The notes below the pieces were generated by a model that was not told the origin of the DNA, did not search any database, and saw only the letters and a program-made list of their open reading frames with translations. Source: an uncultured delta proteobacterium (lineage in GTDB: Bacteria > Desulfobacterota > Binatia > Binatales > Binataceae). From it: 64,000 nt of DNA. The stretch spans positions 1,184,001 to 1,248,000 of the forward strand of contig CAWJET010000002.1 in assembly GCA_963842085.1 (NCBI GenBank), given 5' to 3'. The position numbers were made by a program, and so were the translations under genes. This document shows, piece by piece, positions 60,644 to 64,000 of the stretch (the first letter of the stretch is position 1; the number at the start of each line of letters is the position of its first letter).

Positions 60644-61043
60644 CTACTTCGTCCAGTTTTCGATCCGCAAGTCTGGGATGTGCGTGAAGTCGCGCTCATT
60701 ATTCGTCACTAGCGTCGCCTGTTGCACGAGCGCAATGTGCAGCGATCCAGAGATCATGATCCGCGATCATTTCACCGCGCCTTGCGAGATCGGCTTTGAT
60801 AGCACCGAACCGCTCGGCAATCGCCGGAGTGAAAGGCAGGAGTTTCACCCTTGCAAAGAATCGGCGGTAGCGGCGCAGATTCTTCTCGACCTGCGCGGAG
60901 CGGAAAATGCCGAAGTAGAGCTCGCCAAGCGTGATCAGCGAAATATAACGGCTTGAGGCACGAGTCGCCTAAAGCCGCGTGACGACCGCCGGCATCGCCC
61001 TCATGTAGTAGATGATCGTGTCCGTATCCAGGAGCCAATTCAC
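60644..61043 (-). pseudogene. VapC PIN-domain toxin pseudogene
   Basis: MNWLLDTDTIIY...TAG (60969-60971)...ITLGELYFG...DHDLWIAA / +1 frameshift / LVTNNERDF...IENW. Confidence 0.85.
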
Positions 61044-61297
61044 GGCGCGTCGAGCTCAGGTGCGTCACTTTTGTTGCGTCGGTTTGCGTGAATCGCACGG
61101 ATCATGTCGTCGGCCTCGATGGGTGAAAGCGTCTCGCGAATATCGATCCACGGGTCGTTCTGGCACGGCGCCTTTCTCGCACTCGCTCTGGTCACGGTGA
61201 TACTGACTTCCTCATCAGGTACAAGATGGAAGCGGCGGCGGAGCCCAGGACTTAATTCCTTTGCTCTGACATTCCGTACCGTAACGCGGTTGCGCAC
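61040..61297 (-). CDS. Putative VapB-type antitoxin
   Basis: 85 aa, AGGAG RBS, GTGA overlap with the vapC start. Confidence 0.65.
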   Translation of the reverse strand: MRNRVTVRNVRAKELSPGLRRRFHLVPDEEVSITVTRASARKAPCQNDPWIDIRETLSPIEADDMIRAIHANRRNKSDAPELDAP

Positions 61298-61395
61298 AAA
61301 TTGGCTCCTTCTAAAACGATGCTGGTGACTAGCATGCAGGGAACCGCGACCGCGCCCAAGTTAAATCGGTACGCCGAACGGTTCAGGCGCGGGAC

Positions 61396-61773
61396 TCGAG
61401 GCCAGGGTGAAGGCGTACAAGACGATCGGGAGCCCCGGCTATCCTACGGACGAAAGGGAAATACGCCGGCGGGTGACCGAGGATTTCAAGCGATCGAATT
61501 ATCCGGCGGGCTTTTCCCGGCAGGCGGCCGCCGCGCTGGCAAATGGCGATCGGCGCGCGGCGCTCAAACGGATCAAGGCGCCCACGGTCGTCATTCGGCG
61601 CGGACGATCCGCTCGTGCCGATTGAGGGCGGCCGCGATACGGCGGCGAATATCGCGGGAGCGGAGCTCATAGAAATTCCAGGCATGGGGCATGACCTCCC
61701 GGCCGCGCTCTATTCCAGGGTCGTTGACGCAATCGAATCAGTGGCGAAGCGCGCGCGCGTCGGTACGTCGTAG
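61396..61773 (+). pseudogene. Duplicated 3' half of the alpha/beta hydrolase (5'-truncated, 2-bp deletion)
   Basis: Matches 60152-60531; GTCATTCGGC versus GTCATTCACGGC frameshift near 61596. Confidence 0.85.
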
Positions 61774-61878
61774 GCGATGTCGAAGTGGCTGCGCCAACCA
61801 AGCTGGCGTCGGGCTTCCAGTTTCTACAACAATTCCCGGGCATGGGGCATGACCTGCCAGCAGCGCTCTATTCGGCAC

Positions 61879-61930
61879 TGTCCTAAAACGCGACCGATTG
61901 TCCTAAGTGCCGACTGCGAGTGTCCTAATT
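61879..61930 (+). repeat. Three spaced TGTCCTAA direct repeats; probable transposon end
   Basis: TGTCCTAA at 61879, 61899 and 61921 (20/22-bp spacing); the first two are followed by NNN-SCGAC. Confidence 0.6.
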
Positions 61931-62235
61931 GACGGTGGATAGACGTTCGCGCGGCAATCTGGTAGTGGCGGAAATTTGCTGACCGGGGTTTGGCCCCCCC
62001 TTCCCCCGGTCGGTGTTCGGGCTGGCGACTGAATTGGGACACCCCTCCCGCTTTCGCTGGCCCGTTCTTTTCAGGCGAGCGCGGCGGCGTGGCGGGACTT
62101 CATTCTTTGACTTTGTGGACTTTGTGGACTGTGCGTAAAAACACACGGCCCCCCAGTTCGCGCTCATCGCGCGTCCATTCTCCGCTCGCTGGCAATTCTT
62201 CGATCAGCGATGCGATCACTGGATTTATCTCGCCC

Positions 62236-62543
62236 GATCAAGCTGCTCCGCTGGTCGGCTGGACCCTGCCTGACGAGTTCGCGACCCTGCGCCGTCTGCT
62301 CGAGGCCCGCCTGGGTGGCGACCACCTCAGCCCGGGCCTACCTGAGCCTGCTGGCGGGAGGGGCAGCGTCATGAGCGATACACCGCAGGTGCTGCTGGCT
62401 CATCACCTCAAGGCGCTGAGGCTTCCGACCTTCCTGCGTGAGTACGACAAGCTGGCGCGCCAGTGCGCCGCCGAAGGCGTCGACCACTCCCGCTACCTGC
62501 TGCGTCTGGCCGAGCTGGAGATGATCGACCGGGAACGGCGGAC
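62236..62543 (+). pseudogene. IS21-family remnant (istA tail fragments plus istB N-terminus) disrupted by IS3
   Basis: DQAAPLVGWTLPDEFATLRRLLEARLG; MSDTPQVLLAHHLKALRLPTFLREYDKLARQCAAEG..LAELEMIDRERR ends at the IS3 IRL. Confidence 0.8.
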
Positions 62544-62600
62544 TGGAGTTGACCCGGTTTCGTGGAGTGTGTTGGGGAAGAGAGTGAGGGAGGAAAGACG

Positions 62601-62915
62601 ATGGCCAAGACACATCCACCATACCCGGCTGAGTATCGGCGGCGGATAGTCGAACTGGCGCGCGCAGGCCGGCCGCTGACGGAATTGGCGCGAGAGTTTG
62701 AGCCGACGTTAGAGTCGATTCGGCAGTGGGTGAGACAGGCAGAGCTGGATGAAGGAGTGAGAAACGATGGCCTGACCACAAGTGAGCGCGAGGAATTGAG
62801 CCGACTGCGGCGCGAGAACCGGATTTTGCGCGAAGAGCGTGAGATCCTATCAAAAGCCGCGGCCTGGTTCGCCACGGAGACCGGCTCAGTGCCGTCACGG
62901 CGTTCCAATTCGTGA
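62601..62915 (+). CDS. IS3 transposase OrfA
   Basis: YPAEYRRRIVEL, SIRQWV, ELSRLRRENRILREEREILSKAAAWFA; GGAGG RBS; candidate -1 slip AAAAG near 62852. Confidence 0.9.
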   Translation: MAKTHPPYPAEYRRRIVELARAGRPLTELAREFEPTLESIRQWVRQAELDEGVRNDGLTTSEREELSRLRRENRILREEREILSKAAAWFATETGSVPSRRSNS

Positions 62916-63892
62916 GCGCGAATCAGGCCATGTACGCAATCGCCACGATGTGCCGGGTGCTGGAGGTCTCCACCAGCGGCTACTGGGCGTGGCTAAGACG
63001 ACCGCGGTCGGCGTGGGCTCGGGCCGACGCGCAATTGACGGCGCGCATTCGCGCGATTCATGAACGGTCGCGCACCAGCTATGGCGCTCCGCGCATTCAT
63101 GCCGAGCTGTTAGCCGACGGCATCGCGGTCGGACGTAAGCGGGTGGCGCGGCTGATGCGCGCGGCGGGACTTCACGGAGTCAGCCGGCGCAAGTGGATCA
63201 CCACCACGGTTCGCGATCGCGCCGCGCGACCGGCGCCGGATCTGGTCGAGCGTAACTTCACCGCGGCGGCGCCCAATCAGCTGTGGGTCGCCGATATCAC
63301 CTATGTTCCAACCTGGGCCGGCTTTCTGTACCTGGCGGTTGTCCTCGACGCGTTTAGCCGCCGCGTGATTGGGTGGGCGATGGAGAATCATCTGCGCACC
63401 GAGCTGGTGTTGGCAGCGCTCAATATGGCGCTCGGGCAGCGCCGGCCGACCACGGTAATCCATCATTCCGACCAGGGCACCCAATACACCTCGATCGCGT
63501 TCGGCATGCGTTGCCGTGAGGCAGGAGTGCGTGCCTCGATGGGTTCGGTAGGCGACTGTTTCGACAACGCGATGTGCGAAAGCTTTTTCGCCACCCTGGA
63601 ATGCGAGCTGCTCGACCGCCACCGTTTCAAAACCCAGGTCGAGGCGAGGATGGCGATCTTCGACTTCATCGAGGGCTGGTACAATCCGCACCGCCGCCAC
63701 TCCGCCCTCGGCTATCGTTCGCCGCTCGAGTACGAACAAATCTATCGGGCCGAACCGAATCAAAGCATGCGGAGCTCGACCGCTCTGCGCACCGCTTGGC
63801 CGCCGAACAACGCGGCGGCCGGCGCGCTGCACGGCGCCGCGCTCTCGGATCAAGATTCCATAACGCTTTCCGGCCCCAGCCCCAATCGGTGA
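62912..63892 (+). CDS. IS3 transposase OrfB (DDE integrase core)
   Basis: YGAPRI, WVADITY, HHSDQGTQY, DNAMCESFF, YNPHRRHSALG. Confidence 0.92.
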   Translation: MSANQAMYAIATMCRVLEVSTSGYWAWLRRPRSAWARADAQLTARIRAIHERSRTSYGAPRIHAELLADGIAVGRKRVARLMRAAGLHGVSRRKWITTTVRDRAARPAPDLVERNFTAAAPNQLWVADITYVPTWAGFLYLAVVLDAFSRRVIGWAMENHLRTELVLAALNMALGQRRPTTVIHHSDQGTQYTSIAFGMRCREAGVRASMGSVGDCFDNAMCESFFATLECELLDRHRFKTQVEARMAIFDFIEGWYNPHRRHSALGYRSPLEYEQIYRAEPNQSMRSSTALRTAWPPNNAAAGALHGAALSDQDSITLSGPSPNR

Positions 63893-63910
63893 GGGCTGGG
63901 GCCGAAAAGC
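63865..63910. terminator. GC-rich hairpin near the IS3 right end
   Basis: Perfect 12-bp stem CGGCCCCAGCCC / GGGCTGGGGCCG flanked by GCTTT/AAAGC. Confidence 0.5.
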
Positions 63911-64000
63911 TGGTACCAGATGAACATCAAAACGGAACTCTCGACGAGACAAAACCAATGAACTAAAACCAAGCCCTAAACCGTCCACCGAAACGGGGCA

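Larger units (their letters stand above)
60152..61827 (+). repeat. About 430-bp direct repeat (60152-60584 and 61396-61827) of the hydrolase 3' end and downstream flank
   Basis: Near-identical sequence from TCGAGGCC.GGGTGAAGGCGTACAAG to GGCTTCCA.TTTCTAC. Confidence 0.9.
62544..64000 (+). mobile_element. IS3-family insertion sequence (right end runs to the window edge)
   Basis: IRL TGGAGTTGACCCGGTTTCGTGGA; IRR TCCACCGAAACGGGGCA at the window end; orfA/orfB pair. Confidence 0.92.

Noticed and set aside
60969-60971. In-frame TAG in vapC as pyrrolysine or readthrough
   Set aside because: The same gene also has a frameshift, so it is a pseudogene.

Overview
High-GC bacterial chromosome segment. 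The gene content (cofC plus several F420-type oxidoreductases, sigma54 activators, Mla system, large NHL surface protein) is reminiscent of Candidatus Binatota or deltaproteobacteria-like soil bacteria; this taxonomy is inference only. Bases 1-49.8 kb are mostly core genes: RNase II, rnhB, pdhABC-gst-lpdA-lipB-lipA, cofC-mlaEFDCA, a DnaQ/GIY-YIG fusion, rplU-rpmA-(LLM)-obgE-proB-proA-nadD-rsfS, ygfZ, mutL-miaA-accA and rpmB. Bases 49.8-64 kb are a decaying accessory region with IS256, IS3, an IS21 remnant, a probable Tn7/Mu-like end, dead toxin-antitoxin pairs, two sigma54 activators and a triplicated hydrolase 3' end. The main highlights are: (1) an arsenate reductase with UGA at the catalytic Cys and a SECIS-like hairpin (a selenoprotein the ORF track truncates); (2) an acyl-CoA ligase/crotonase/amidohydrolase operon bracketed by two tiny desulforedoxin-like CxxC-x15-CC proteins, one missing from the ORF track; (3) an orphan 2OG-Fe(II) oxygenase fused to a PqqD/RRE domain; (4) tandem 'STGPRTxxGK' proteins with a recurring TGGSTTCGTT motif; (5) several families of small palindromic elements. 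No rRNA, tRNA or CRISPR array was recognised.
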